DNA of 64,000 nucleotides from a virus: IMG/VR virus record IMGVR_UViG_3300017963_000206. One strand, written 5' to 3'. Each line of letters starts with the position of its first letter. The stretch's first letter is position 1. The notes under the pieces were generated by a model. That model saw nothing but the letters and a program-made list of their open reading frames with translations, ran no database searches and was not told where the DNA came from. The position numbers and the translations under genes are program-made. Positions 8,421 through 18,249 of the stretch are shown in pieces.

Positions 8421-11063
8421 TTATTTTTTCTTCCAACGGAATCTTATACCGAGTACATCGAGTAAGTCAATTCCTTCCTGATTGGTAATCTTGACTCCGT
8501 ATGTATCTCCCGCCGCTAAACCAGCAAATAAACTGGTAATATCAATCGCTTGTTTCTGGTTTGCAACCGCATTAAAATTCACAGTCCCGGAAGAATTGGA
8601 GTTTGCATTATAAGCCTGTCCATCTGCGGCAAAATCTATATCAACGGAATAATCAAAGGTTGCATTAGTATTGTTAGGAATAACGATAATCTCAATAGCT
8701 GCAATACTGCCAAAGTCCCACGGTGCAATATCGGACATCGAAGCGGTTTGACCAGATGCGATATTTTTGCGTGGAAAAGCTCCAATATTTCCACTTGCCT
8801 CCGCAACCGTATGGAAAACTTGTCTGGTTACTCCACCGACACGCTCGAACTCAAAATCTTCTAGTTCGGTTCTTAACGGAAGAACTATTCCACCTAACAG
8901 GGAAAGTCCTCCTTGTATCATGTGAGCATCACCCCAATAAATCGTACCCGCCGCGATTTGAACTGCGTCCGGTGTACCTTGAAAAGTTCCGCTATAAAAG
9001 TAAGCCGATGCACCCGCAAAGTTAAGACCGTAAGCTACGAGTGCCGTACCCTCCACATGAGAGTTATGGAAACTATCGTCACCCAAACCAACACGGGTGT
9101 ATCCAATTTCACCCTTGATATGACTGTTATGAATCTCTGCATCCCCATCAGCCATCACGATAGCCGTAGAAGAAGCACCAACGGCCTCCACAACAGATTC
9201 AAGCATATATAGGTCGAGAACGATTCCATTAATACAACCTTCCGGACCATCATCGTACATACGACTTTCATAAAGTTTTAGCTTTCCGAGAGTTCCTAAA
9301 ACTCCACCGTTACCGATTCCTGTTGCTATAAAACTATGGTCTAGCACGAGCATTGCATCCGGGTCATTTAGTTCCGCAAAATAAGATGTTGGGGGTGCGC
9401 CCACACTAAAAAAGAACCCTTTAAAATAAAGCGCACCTCCCGCTCCGATAGTGAAGATATTTCCCGGCGCACCGAGAGAACACGATACGGAGATTTCCAA
9501 CGGAAAAGTTGCAATAGGTGTTTCTATATCTCGCGGGTCATAAGTGTTTCCTGCAACGATATAAAGTTTCTTTGTAATGGTTAAAGGATTAGGAAGATTG
9601 TATGTCGCTCCCGGAAAACATAAAAGTGTATCCCCATCACTCGCTAGAAGAATCGCCGTTTCAAAATCATTAAAGTCGTCATACGGGGACGGTCCAACGG
9701 TTTTATAACTAGATACATCATGTTTCACATGAGATTTTAAATCGAGTAAACGTATAGGTTCAAAATCGTCACTAGGATTACGGAGATATTGTATAATACC
9801 ATTCATTATATTAGCACCATCATTTACAAAAGTGCTAAGATTATCCGTTCCGAAAGTATGTCCCGGATTTTGAATTATCTTCGGATTCCCGGCTGCGGAA
9901 GTATAAGTATTTTTGTACGAGAAAAAACCTCCGCTATTTAGTTGCACGGCATGGTTCACCGAACCATTATTCCACATCACTGAAAAGAATACCGTGCAAG
10001 TTCCCCCGTCCTGTTGGAGAGCAACAGAAGCATTCGTTGGTCCCAACGCAAAAATTTCGGAACGTAATGAACGGAAATCAAGACAGTCAGTAAGCACACC
10101 GATATTACCTATGCCATCAGTGAAAATGGTAGCCTCTCTAAGATGTGCAAAAGTGGTCCCGGAGAAATACATTCCCGAACACGGGTCCGTTCCATCGGGA
10201 AGCAAAACAGATTCCAGAAAATCAAAAGTGGAGTCTTGGCAATCAATCATAAAAACACCAGCACCTACATCCGTGCCGCGAAGGGAGCAATGGTCGAAAA
10301 CAACTTTACAACCTCCGGATATATCAAACATCTGTCCCAAATCGCATTTAATATCAAGAGATTTAAAATAAACTTCGACACCAGAATTTATAGTGAATAA
10401 TGGCATTGAGACCCCGGAGGATACTGTTATATTAACAGCATGAAAATGATTGAACCATTGCCGGGGGTCAACGGGCATCATTCCTATTATATTCAAATTT
10501 TTAGATATAGTCATTTGTTGTGTTAATATATAATTTGCTCCTTCGTAGAGAAGCAAAGTTGAATCCGCAGGAACATCAATAATCGCCCGTTCCAAACTTT
10601 CAAAGTCACCACCTCTCGGAGCCACGGTATAAACATTATCGGAAACGTCCTGACCTTTATTAATGGGTACACCACGATTCGTTTCCTGAATGCTATCGGT
10701 AACTATTGAGCCTCCGGTTTTCTGTACCGTCCCGATGAGTATTCCATACTGAGGTGCTACATAAGTCTGCGGAGAAGAATAGGCCGATATTCCATTAATT
10801 GTAACGGAATTTAATTTCCCCGAAACGAATACTTGTGTGATTTCAAGATAGATATAATTAAGATTATTGTCAATGATAGGGACAGTAACGGGACTTGATA
10901 CTTCGACTCTGTTTGCTCCGACAAAAGCCCAACCCGCCGCAACATCTATATCCGCGACATTAACACTAAGGTCCAACCCGCTTTCAACAAAATCAGGCAT
11001 GGCGAGAAAACCATTGGCTCTCTCTTTTATAATTTTATCACCTGTCTCCCACGGATATCCCAT
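8421..11063 (-). CDS. Tailspike paralogue with two beta-helix modules
   Basis: Same N-terminus (W.TGD.IIKERANGFLAMPDFVESGLD) and C-terminal domain (RKN...APWD.GS) as the 1562-aa protein. Confidence 0.75.
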   Translation of the reverse strand: MGYPWETGDKIIKERANGFLAMPDFVESGLDLSVNVADIDVAAGWAFVGANRVEVSSPVTVPIIDNNLNYIYLEITQVFVSGKLNSVTINGISAYSSPQTYVAPQYGILIGTVQKTGGSIVTDSIQETNRGVPINKGQDVSDNVYTVAPRGGDFESLERAIIDVPADSTLLLYEGANYILTQQMTISKNLNIIGMMPVDPRQWFNHFHAVNITVSSGVSMPLFTINSGVEVYFKSLDIKCDLGQMFDISGGCKVVFDHCSLRGTDVGAGVFMIDCQDSTFDFLESVLLPDGTDPCSGMYFSGTTFAHLREATIFTDGIGNIGVLTDCLDFRSLRSEIFALGPTNASVALQQDGGTCTVFFSVMWNNGSVNHAVQLNSGGFFSYKNTYTSAAGNPKIIQNPGHTFGTDNLSTFVNDGANIMNGIIQYLRNPSDDFEPIRLLDLKSHVKHDVSSYKTVGPSPYDDFNDFETAILLASDGDTLLCFPGATYNLPNPLTITKKLYIVAGNTYDPRDIETPIATFPLEISVSCSLGAPGNIFTIGAGGALYFKGFFFSVGAPPTSYFAELNDPDAMLVLDHSFIATGIGNGGVLGTLGKLKLYESRMYDDGPEGCINGIVLDLYMLESVVEAVGASSTAIVMADGDAEIHNSHIKGEIGYTRVGLGDDSFHNSHVEGTALVAYGLNFAGASAYFYSGTFQGTPDAVQIAAGTIYWGDAHMIQGGLSLLGGIVLPLRTELEDFEFERVGGVTRQVFHTVAEASGNIGAFPRKNIASGQTASMSDIAPWDFGSIAAIEIIVIPNNTNATFDYSVDIDFAADGQAYNANSNSSGTVNFNAVANQKQAIDITSLFAGLAAGDTYGVKITNQEGIDLLDVLGIRFRWKKK

Positions 11064-11073
11064 GTTATGCTCC

Positions 11074-11541
11074 CTACTCTATTTCACCTTCACCGATTCT
11101 TGCCTCACCTATTCTGTTTTCGCCCGTTGGGGGTACAGGAGGCACAACCGGAGTTTCAAGGAATTCACATTGACCAATGTAAGCTTGCCACTTCACCACG
11201 AAAATACTTCCCGCTGGTTTTGGTCTTCCCGGAATCACAAGCATCCGGGCAAACATTTCTCCGGTCCCAAGAGTTCCATCGGCGTTATCCCAAAAGAATG
11301 CGACCTCTTGGATTTCTCCGGAGGGAGGTGTACCCTCACTTCCATCAAACTGACATTCAAAATACAGAATATTATGTTCGTAAGAAACGGAAGCAACCTT
11401 CCGAAAGTATCCTGCATATAAATCTTCATCGGTTCTATCCGGAGGGGTATCATCTGTTCCAAGTTCACAATATGGGTCGCCTGTCGGGAGATTCCCGGCA
11501 AGCATTTTTGCGAACAGTAATCTTCCTTTGTTCGTAAGCAT
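11074..11541 (-). CDS. Tail-fibre attachment / baseplate adaptor protein
   Basis: LTNKGR...LGTDDTPP..TD.DL...IQEVAFF pattern typical of tail-fibre N-terminal anchor domains. Confidence 0.65.
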   Translation of the reverse strand: MLTNKGRLLFAKMLAGNLPTGDPYCELGTDDTPPDRTDEDLYAGYFRKVASVSYEHNILYFECQFDGSEGTPPSGEIQEVAFFWDNADGTLGTGEMFARMLVIPGRPKPAGSIFVVKWQAYIGQCEFLETPVVPPVPPTGENRIGEARIGEGEIE

Positions 11542-11542
11542 T

Positions 11543-13360
11543 TTATGGTCCTATCGTTCCAGTTCCGATTACTGATGTTCCTATACCTTCTCCCGGTTCA
11601 CTATACTCAAATCTATACTGTTCATATAAAGTAATCTCTTCACGATAAACAACAACGTCACGGAGAGGAGGTCGTGTACGATAATATGGTTCTTCCAATC
11701 CCGCTATACGGTCTTCTAAATATTGACCTAAAAAATCTCCAATCTCCATCGGTTTTTTTCCGAGATGCAGTTCTTGGATACCGGGGAAATAGCGGTCTTT
11801 GTTTTTCATATCAAAACGTAATACCGTTTTCCATATCGGCATTACTTGATTGTTTAAATCGAGTTCTGGAACATTCACATTAACCGAATCTCCAAGTTCA
11901 TATCTCGGAGCGAAAACGCAACATTGGAAATGGGTTCTAGGTTGTGAATATTCCCGAAGAATTGCCTCCGCTAATGCTCTCATTTCCTGCGAAGAATGTC
12001 CCGCTGGTGTAACTATACGGAACATTAATTCACCATATTCGGCAATACTTTCAGGGTCGCTCACGGTGTAAAATTCAGTTTGTTCGTAATAATAATCTAC
12101 GAACAAAGAATCAGTAGGTGGTCCTATCCACGGAGGGGGCATTGTAAATCTAACAGGGGGGTCTTCACTCGTAGTTAATCTAAAAATTCTTGAACACGGA
12201 CCACAATTCGACATATCCAACCATGCAACGCATGTATGAGTCCCTACGGAGAAAGTCGGTCCGGAAATTTGCGGTGCAGAATATGGGGCAACATCCGTAT
12301 CGTCTATCCAATGTTCAAAAACCGGAATCTGTTCCAAGTAGGGAATCTCCCCGTCATGGAAATAATAAACATCAAAACCCTCCTCCGGTGCAGGAGGATA
12401 GGAAATGTGAGCCTCATCATCATAATAAAGAGGTGTTTCCTGTCTCGGCGTTTTCTTTTTCGGATTAAAAACCTGCACTACATTTTTTTGTTCACTGGTA
12501 TCATCCGTGCGCTTCGCCGTTCCTCTTTGAATGGTAGGGGTTCCGGGAGGAGGTGGAGGAAAACTTGGTCCGGGTACGGATGGTCCATAACCCGGAGCGA
12601 AAGAATGTAATGTGCTGCCGTGTCCTGCTTGAGTGGTAAGGTCTTCCGTATTAAAATGGTCTTCAGGTCTGAAAAACCAAAATTCATCTCCGAGAATCAT
12701 CCAATCCGCTTGACCTAAAAGTGAGAGACGATTAAGCGCGGTGCTGACAAATGTTTCTTGGAATGTCATATCCTCAACAATAATCGTACTGAAATCTTCG
12801 ATATAATATGTATTTATACCGGGGATGTTTTCTGAAACGATATCATGGACCGCTTCATCCAACGGAGTATCTTCGATTTTCTTTTTAATTTTTTTACGAA
12901 GAGAATCTTTTTTAGGGTCTCTTATTTTTACTTCGCTTTCAGTAACCGGACCCTTTAATTCATTCGTACCACGAGTTACGAATCCCGGACCCGCCGCACG
13001 ATTCCATCCGGGGTCCATTTCTCCACGCACACGTTCTTTCTGGTCCCCCTGCTCTTGAAGCTTTCCGGAGGGAGGCCCACTCTCACCTTCAGGTTGACCA
13101 CCTTCAGAATAATTTATCGGTTCACCTTCAAAAGAGGGATAAACATATAGGTTGAATGGACCAGCACCCGGAGCAAAATATTTGGTCGGACTTGAGTTAT
13201 TCTCTTTCATCTTTGCAAGTTCTTCGGGAGTGAAATCCATATAGATAGACCAATCAGGAAGTTGCTTACAACTTTTCGGGACTTCTCCACCTTTCGGCTG
13301 AGGTGGGTTGCCTCCCGGACTTCCGGATGTTGGACCGTCTAATTGAATATGCCGACCCAT
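11543..13360 (-). CDS. Tail tip / hub-like protein
   Basis: Directly downstream of the tape measure gene; C-terminal D.ESIAEYG...A.AIL..YSQP...YELGDSV.V motif of siphophage hub proteins. Confidence 0.6.
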   Translation of the reverse strand: MGRHIQLDGPTSGSPGGNPPQPKGGEVPKSCKQLPDWSIYMDFTPEELAKMKENNSSPTKYFAPGAGPFNLYVYPSFEGEPINYSEGGQPEGESGPPSGKLQEQGDQKERVRGEMDPGWNRAAGPGFVTRGTNELKGPVTESEVKIRDPKKDSLRKKIKKKIEDTPLDEAVHDIVSENIPGINTYYIEDFSTIIVEDMTFQETFVSTALNRLSLLGQADWMILGDEFWFFRPEDHFNTEDLTTQAGHGSTLHSFAPGYGPSVPGPSFPPPPPGTPTIQRGTAKRTDDTSEQKNVVQVFNPKKKTPRQETPLYYDDEAHISYPPAPEEGFDVYYFHDGEIPYLEQIPVFEHWIDDTDVAPYSAPQISGPTFSVGTHTCVAWLDMSNCGPCSRIFRLTTSEDPPVRFTMPPPWIGPPTDSLFVDYYYEQTEFYTVSDPESIAEYGELMFRIVTPAGHSSQEMRALAEAILREYSQPRTHFQCCVFAPRYELGDSVNVNVPELDLNNQVMPIWKTVLRFDMKNKDRYFPGIQELHLGKKPMEIGDFLGQYLEDRIAGLEEPYYRTRPPLRDVVVYREEITLYEQYRFEYSEPGEGIGTSVIGTGTIGP

Positions 13361-16300
13361 TTAGGTTCTCATCCTTTGCTGAATTTCATCTACGACATAA
13401 CCCGCGACATCTCTTGCGGTTTCCCTTGCTTCGAGAGCATCGTCAATTCTCTCGATAATAATTTTATCAATCTTGAGGTTTATATCACCTTGTTTATCCG
13501 CGAGAAGTTTTTTGATATCCTCAAGTTGTTGTTTTCTCGTTTGCGCTTCCTGCTGAAGTTTGGTTAACTCCGCTTGGAGTTTCTTTTCTTCCCTTTTCGC
13601 GGTTATAATATCTATCACGGACGCTTCGAGCATATCTTCAGGAGTACCTTTTTTTCTCCATATTGCTTTTAGTTCTTCAATTTTTTTGCGTAATTGTGCA
13701 AGTTCTATACCTTTCGCCTGTATTTCATCCGAGAGTTCGAGATTTCTTTGTTCCGCGTCCTTTAATTTTTTGGCTACGTCTTCTTCCGGAGTTTTTCCCT
13801 TCGGACCTTCGCCCAACTTCTTCGCCATTTCCCCCGCTGTTTTCATCCATTCACCGATGCCGCCTTCAGGAAGACCGAGAGCTTTGCCGAGTTCCCCAAG
13901 TTTCTCCTTCATTTTATCAACGAACCCGCTTCCCTTCTCGTACATCTTTGTCATTAACTCTTCCCACATACTAACCATACGCCCTTTAACGTCTGCCATC
14001 TTCTTTGCGATTTCTTCGAGTATGCCTTCCTGTTGTTGCCGGAGCTTTTCATTTTCCTGCCAACGCTTTTCGGTTTCGGAAAGGTCCATCTCGCGCATCT
14101 CATCCGCGAGTTGCTCATCATCTTTCCAACGCTCTTGCTCTTCCTTCGATTGTTTTTTAAGAAGTTCTTCGCGCTCCTTATCCATTTTGTCCATGAATTT
14201 TTTAACAGCCGCTTTTTCCTTTTTAGTTAATTTTGCATTCTTCATTACATCTTCAGCTTGTATTTTTGCGCGTTCAAGATTTCGGTAATGCTCCTCATCG
14301 GACATTCCCTTCATCCGTTTGGAGGTATTAATTGCTTGACGCAATTGTGCTTTCGCTAACTGCGCTTCACCCTTCCGGACATCACCCATAATCCTCTGAT
14401 ATTTCTTTTCGTCACCGATAAGGAGTCTCGCCCGTGCTTTGTATGCTTCGATATCTTCCTTAAGTTTTTTCATCTTCTCGGTCTGGTGTTGCTCAAGAAT
14501 TTTCTTTTTCTGTTCCGCGATAAGTTTATCCAATTCGAGTTCCGCTTTTTTTGCTTTGAAATAATATTTACGGAACTCTTCTTCACTATGTTTAAACTTG
14601 TCCATCATCTTTTTATAGTAAGATACCCGCGTTTTGGCCTTCTCGATTTCATGCGCGTCTATAACTTCAAGCCATGCGAGTTGGTCTTCCATCTGTTTTA
14701 TCTGACCTTCACGGCGAATGATGGCAAGGTCTTTTTCGAGCTTCATAAGCTCGGCATACATCAATTTATATTGTTCGCCGCCATGTTTGAATTCTTTTAT
14801 CCACTTCCGAATGGATGCGATTTTTAACATTGTTAATTTTTCTTCATCATCGGTCAACATCTTGATTCTTCGCATCTCATTATTGAATGCTTTTTTTGCT
14901 TCACGTTCACGGGTCAATGTGAATTTCAATTGAAGTGCCGCGAGTTTCTTCATAACCTCCGTTTGAATTTTTATCGAAGCGGGATACTCCTCCTTAAGCA
15001 ACTTTAGAAATTCTTTATATGTTGCTATGGACTTCGCCATAATCTCGAATTGAGTCATGCCGCTTAATTTTAATTTCGCAATCGCATTTTCAACTTCGAC
15101 TTTTAATTCCTTTGCAGATTGCTTTGCTTCACTGAGACGTTTTTTTGCAAGAGGAATCGGACCATAATCAATCTTTTTATAGACATCCTGTTCCGCTCTG
15201 TCAAGATGCTCAAGATTCCCGGAGATAAAATCCTGCCATCTTTTTTCGGCTTGACTTAATCCCCGATTGAGATTATTTCTTAATGATTGTTGGGCTTGCA
15301 TCATGGCAACGGCGGCATTCCATAATGCTTTCTTGCCTTTTTTCTGACCATATTGATAGAGTCTCTCGATGGCATCTTCCGTACTCCCGAATAACGATGC
15401 GAGAGCATCCATCCATTTACCTTCCGCGAATAATTGTCCGACTACTTTAAATTTAATTGCAAGCGTTCTTACGATGTAGTTTACATAAAATATTATTTTT
15501 TCTAATATATTTAGAATTTTGACACCTAATATGATTATCCCTTCCATGAAACTTCCTATACCTTTAGGGTCTAGTTGTTTGAACATGGTAGTAAGATAAT
15601 TGAACGCCGCTTTTAATGTTGGTAGAGCATCCTTCATACCTTTAATGATAAAGGCTCTGATAGATGCTTTAAATCTCCGAATCGCCATCCACGTTGTAGT
15701 CTCCATGCGCTCAAACATAAATTGGAGGATACTGACATTCCCCGCAATTTCTCCGCGCATTACCTTAAGGTCTTTAGCAAATTCTTTCGCTGCGGTTCGC
15801 ATTGCGTTGATTGCACGTTGACCACGGATACCGAAGATTTCTTTAATTGCTCGGTTGGTTACTTCAGAATTATTGGTTATCATTTCAAGCAGATGTCCGA
15901 AGTCTTTAAATTTCGCACCGTTGGCATCCGCTTCGATACCGAGTTCTTTGAAGAGTTCGGTTTGTCTTTCAGTCGGACCCGCGAGAGCAAGCATGGCTTT
16001 GTTTATCGCGGTGATTGCTTCGGCAGTAGGAAGACCAGCACGAGTAGCCGTTGTAATCGCCGCACCGAGTTCCTCAAAAGAAATCCCGGCCTGTTTCGAG
16101 TTGGTAAGTACCTGACCCAACGATTGCGTTAATTGATTAACAGTGGTAATACCTTTCCACTGAATCCTTGCCAAAACTTCCGCTACCGCCGCCGCTTGGT
16201 CGGCCTCTAACTGATATGCTTTTAATACTTGCACAATAGTTTGTGCTGCCGCCGTTGCATCCGTGAAACCGCCGATTGCCAGTTTGGTTGCGACACGAAG

Positions 16301-16687
16301 GACTTCCAAAGAATCCTTCGCGGCTACCTGTGCAGAAAGAATTTGATAGAGTCCGTTAGTTAAGTTCTCTGTTGTTTCACCGAATTGAATTGAGAGGTCG
16401 AGTACGCCTTGTTCCAGACCGTCAAGGGCATCCATTTGTCCATACAACATCGTGGATACCTTCGCCATCTGGTATTCAAAATCCACTCCTGCCATCACGA
16501 CATTACTGAAAGCGCGACCTAATGCACGAAGACCTCCCATAACATTTCCGAAGGTCATTACAATACGACCTAGACTCTTATTCACTTTATCGCTAAAACC
16601 TTTAAAGACTCCCTGAGTCTTACGGACTTTTTTCTCGATGTCCTGAGTCTTAGCTTTAAGCCTTAGTGTTAGTGTCGTTTCCGGCAT
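13361..16687 (-). CDS. Tail tape measure protein (TP901 family)
   Basis: AGVDFEYQMAKVSTM...GLYQILSAQ...GITTVNQL core and long helical/coiled-coil body; ATG at 16687 preferred over the track start 16714. Confidence 0.9.
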   Translation of the reverse strand: MPETTLTLRLKAKTQDIEKKVRKTQGVFKGFSDKVNKSLGRIVMTFGNVMGGLRALGRAFSNVVMAGVDFEYQMAKVSTMLYGQMDALDGLEQGVLDLSIQFGETTENLTNGLYQILSAQVAAKDSLEVLRVATKLAIGGFTDATAAAQTIVQVLKAYQLEADQAAAVAEVLARIQWKGITTVNQLTQSLGQVLTNSKQAGISFEELGAAITTATRAGLPTAEAITAINKAMLALAGPTERQTELFKELGIEADANGAKFKDFGHLLEMITNNSEVTNRAIKEIFGIRGQRAINAMRTAAKEFAKDLKVMRGEIAGNVSILQFMFERMETTTWMAIRRFKASIRAFIIKGMKDALPTLKAAFNYLTTMFKQLDPKGIGSFMEGIIILGVKILNILEKIIFYVNYIVRTLAIKFKVVGQLFAEGKWMDALASLFGSTEDAIERLYQYGQKKGKKALWNAAVAMMQAQQSLRNNLNRGLSQAEKRWQDFISGNLEHLDRAEQDVYKKIDYGPIPLAKKRLSEAKQSAKELKVEVENAIAKLKLSGMTQFEIMAKSIATYKEFLKLLKEEYPASIKIQTEVMKKLAALQLKFTLTREREAKKAFNNEMRRIKMLTDDEEKLTMLKIASIRKWIKEFKHGGEQYKLMYAELMKLEKDLAIIRREGQIKQMEDQLAWLEVIDAHEIEKAKTRVSYYKKMMDKFKHSEEEFRKYYFKAKKAELELDKLIAEQKKKILEQHQTEKMKKLKEDIEAYKARARLLIGDEKKYQRIMGDVRKGEAQLAKAQLRQAINTSKRMKGMSDEEHYRNLERAKIQAEDVMKNAKLTKKEKAAVKKFMDKMDKEREELLKKQSKEEQERWKDDEQLADEMREMDLSETEKRWQENEKLRQQQEGILEEIAKKMADVKGRMVSMWEELMTKMYEKGSGFVDKMKEKLGELGKALGLPEGGIGEWMKTAGEMAKKLGEGPKGKTPEEDVAKKLKDAEQRNLELSDEIQAKGIELAQLRKKIEELKAIWRKKGTPEDMLEASVIDIITAKREEKKLQAELTKLQQEAQTRKQQLEDIKKLLADKQGDINLKIDKIIIERIDDALEARETARDVAGYVVDEIQQRMRT

Positions 16688-17183
16688 TCTTTTTACCCTT
16701 CTTCCACGGGGCAACTTTTTTTACAATCTTATGATTCACATACCCGTCTTTAAAACTTCCGTCAGGTCTTTTCGCTTTCATCTTTTCTGCCGCTTCGCGC
16801 ATTACTTCGGGCGACAATTGGATACTTTCGATATCCTGAAAAGTTCCTTTTGGTACTGGTATGTTCGGAGAGTTCTTATCGGAAGAGCCAAAAAAGCTAG
16901 ACACGATTTTTTCGGCGGTATCCCAATATCGACCTATACGCTTCACTCGATGGTCCATATAAATCAGACATTGAGCTAGAGTCAAACGTCCGACTTGTTC
17001 CGGACTCCAACCGTATGCGCTTGCGAAGGTCTCGTAAATTTCACCCCAAGTTATAGAACGTGCGGATTCTTCTCCAACGAATTCAAGGTCTTTTTTTCCC
17101 GAAGGAGTTCCATCCCCACCTTCTTTTAATTCTATACCTTCGACATCAGTTCGTTCAACCTTGAGGCTACTGCCGAAAAATTT
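16656..17183 (-). CDS. Tail assembly chaperone T-frame (C-terminal part of the GT -1 frameshift product)
   Basis: Frame open from about 17210 to 16656 with no ATG; encodes WGEIYETFASAYGWSPEQVGRLTLAQ; entered by -1 slip at A AAT TTT (17183-17177). Confidence 0.75.
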   Translation of the reverse strand, partial: KFFGSSLKVERTDVEGIELKEGGDGTPSGKKDLEFVGEESARSITWGEIYETFASAYGWSPEQVGRLTLAQCLIYMDHRVKRIGRYWDTAEKIVSSFFGSSDKNSPNIPVPKGTFQDIESIQLSPEVMREAAEKMKAKRPDGSFKDGYVNHKIVKKVAPWKKGKKNAGNDTNTKA

Positions 17184-17644
17184 TCGATGATGAACTCCAA
17201 CTGATTCATCTCAACGAATGCGCGGATGAGAATACTCACATCCACCAATGATAAACCTGAGATGAAATCAGAATCGGTATCAGTGAGTATTCCGAGAATT
17301 TCACTCACGGCTTTTCTCGCTGAACCGAGAAGCAATAGAGCGGAAGGGTCTATTCCCTTTTTAATATCGAGAATTTTCCCGTCACTTTCTCTGTTTGCTA
17401 TACTCGAAAAGAGTTCAACAAACGAATCGAGAACATCGTCCAAATCTTCGAGACGGATAGGACGCAAAGTAATTTCGCGTCCTTCCATCTCGAAGGTGAA
17501 CGGTTTTTTACTCAATACTTTAAGCTCTTCACGCGAAGATAACTCTCCGCTTTTTTCCGGAGTCGTAATTTCAGGTAATTCCTCCGGTGTTACATCGGCA
17601 CTTGCCTCTGGCGTTTTTTCATCTGTTGTTTTTACTTCGTCCAT
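17132..17644 (-). CDS. Tail assembly chaperone G
   Basis: Between tail tube and tape measure genes; slippery heptamer near its 3' end. Confidence 0.8.
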   Translation of the reverse strand: MDEVKTTDEKTPEASADVTPEELPEITTPEKSGELSSREELKVLSKKPFTFEMEGREITLRPIRLEDLDDVLDSFVELFSSIANRESDGKILDIKKGIDPSALLLLGSARKAVSEILGILTDTDSDFISGLSLVDVSILIRAFVEMNQLEFIIENFSAVASRLNELMSKV

Positions 17645-17683
17645 AACAGACTCCTCTCTGACAGGTCTCGTGTTTTACTTCGG

Positions 17684-18193
17684 TTACGGAGCGGTATAGT
17701 CGATGATTTCCCCGTAGATTTCTTCGAGTGCAAATGCCTCATCGGGCAAGCACCGGAAGGAAACCGGAAACATCGTCATTTCACCTTTCCCGACCATCCA
17801 TGCGGATGCCGCTGACTGAATGGCACGTCTGAAGTGTGCCGCTCTGTCGTAACCTTCCGGACTCACACCACGAAATTCCAGAGTATGTTCCGGAAGTTGT
17901 TGTGTGTATCCGACAGGCAAGCGTCTCGTGTTCGCGGTTGGGAAGCTGATAGCTCCGGGTTCATTCCATGCGATTTTTAAATTCGCAAGAGTCGCTTCGG
18001 CAAGGTTGGTCGTTACGGTGACAGTCCATTTGGTAGGAACCAGACCGCAAGCATCAAGCAACTGGTCCACTTCCTTCTCAAAGATATCAACCGTCTTTTC
18101 GACATTGACCCCGCCACTGGTCGCTCCCAAGTCGTTACCATCGAGAATGAATTCCCCGATGCCGACTAGGACGTTTTGGCAATTCACGGTCAT
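17684..18193 (-). CDS. Major tail (tube) protein
   Basis: NVLVG.G...DG.DLGATSGGV.V...EVDQ...V.TNLAEATL.NL pattern of siphophage tube proteins. Confidence 0.85.
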   Translation of the reverse strand: MTVNCQNVLVGIGEFILDGNDLGATSGGVNVEKTVDIFEKEVDQLLDACGLVPTKWTVTVTTNLAEATLANLKIAWNEPGAISFPTANTRRLPVGYTQQLPEHTLEFRGVSPEGYDRAAHFRRAIQSAASAWMVGKGEMTMFPVSFRCLPDEAFALEEIYGEIIDYTAP

Positions 18194-18249
18194 TTTGTTT
18201 CTCCTTTCAGGACGTTATCGAAAAGTTTTCGTTCAAAACTTTTTCTAGG

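Noticed and set aside
8330-11063. Tailspike paralogue N-termini as recombination/inversion or DGR repeats
   Set aside because: Protein similarity is high but the DNA differs at many synonymous sites; no invertase or reverse transcriptase in the window.
13560-14288. Long plus-strand ORFs (also 22055-22759, 44020-44772, 49561-50220, 10867-11421)
   Set aside because: Antisense shadows of well-supported minus-strand genes, with no RBS or motifs.
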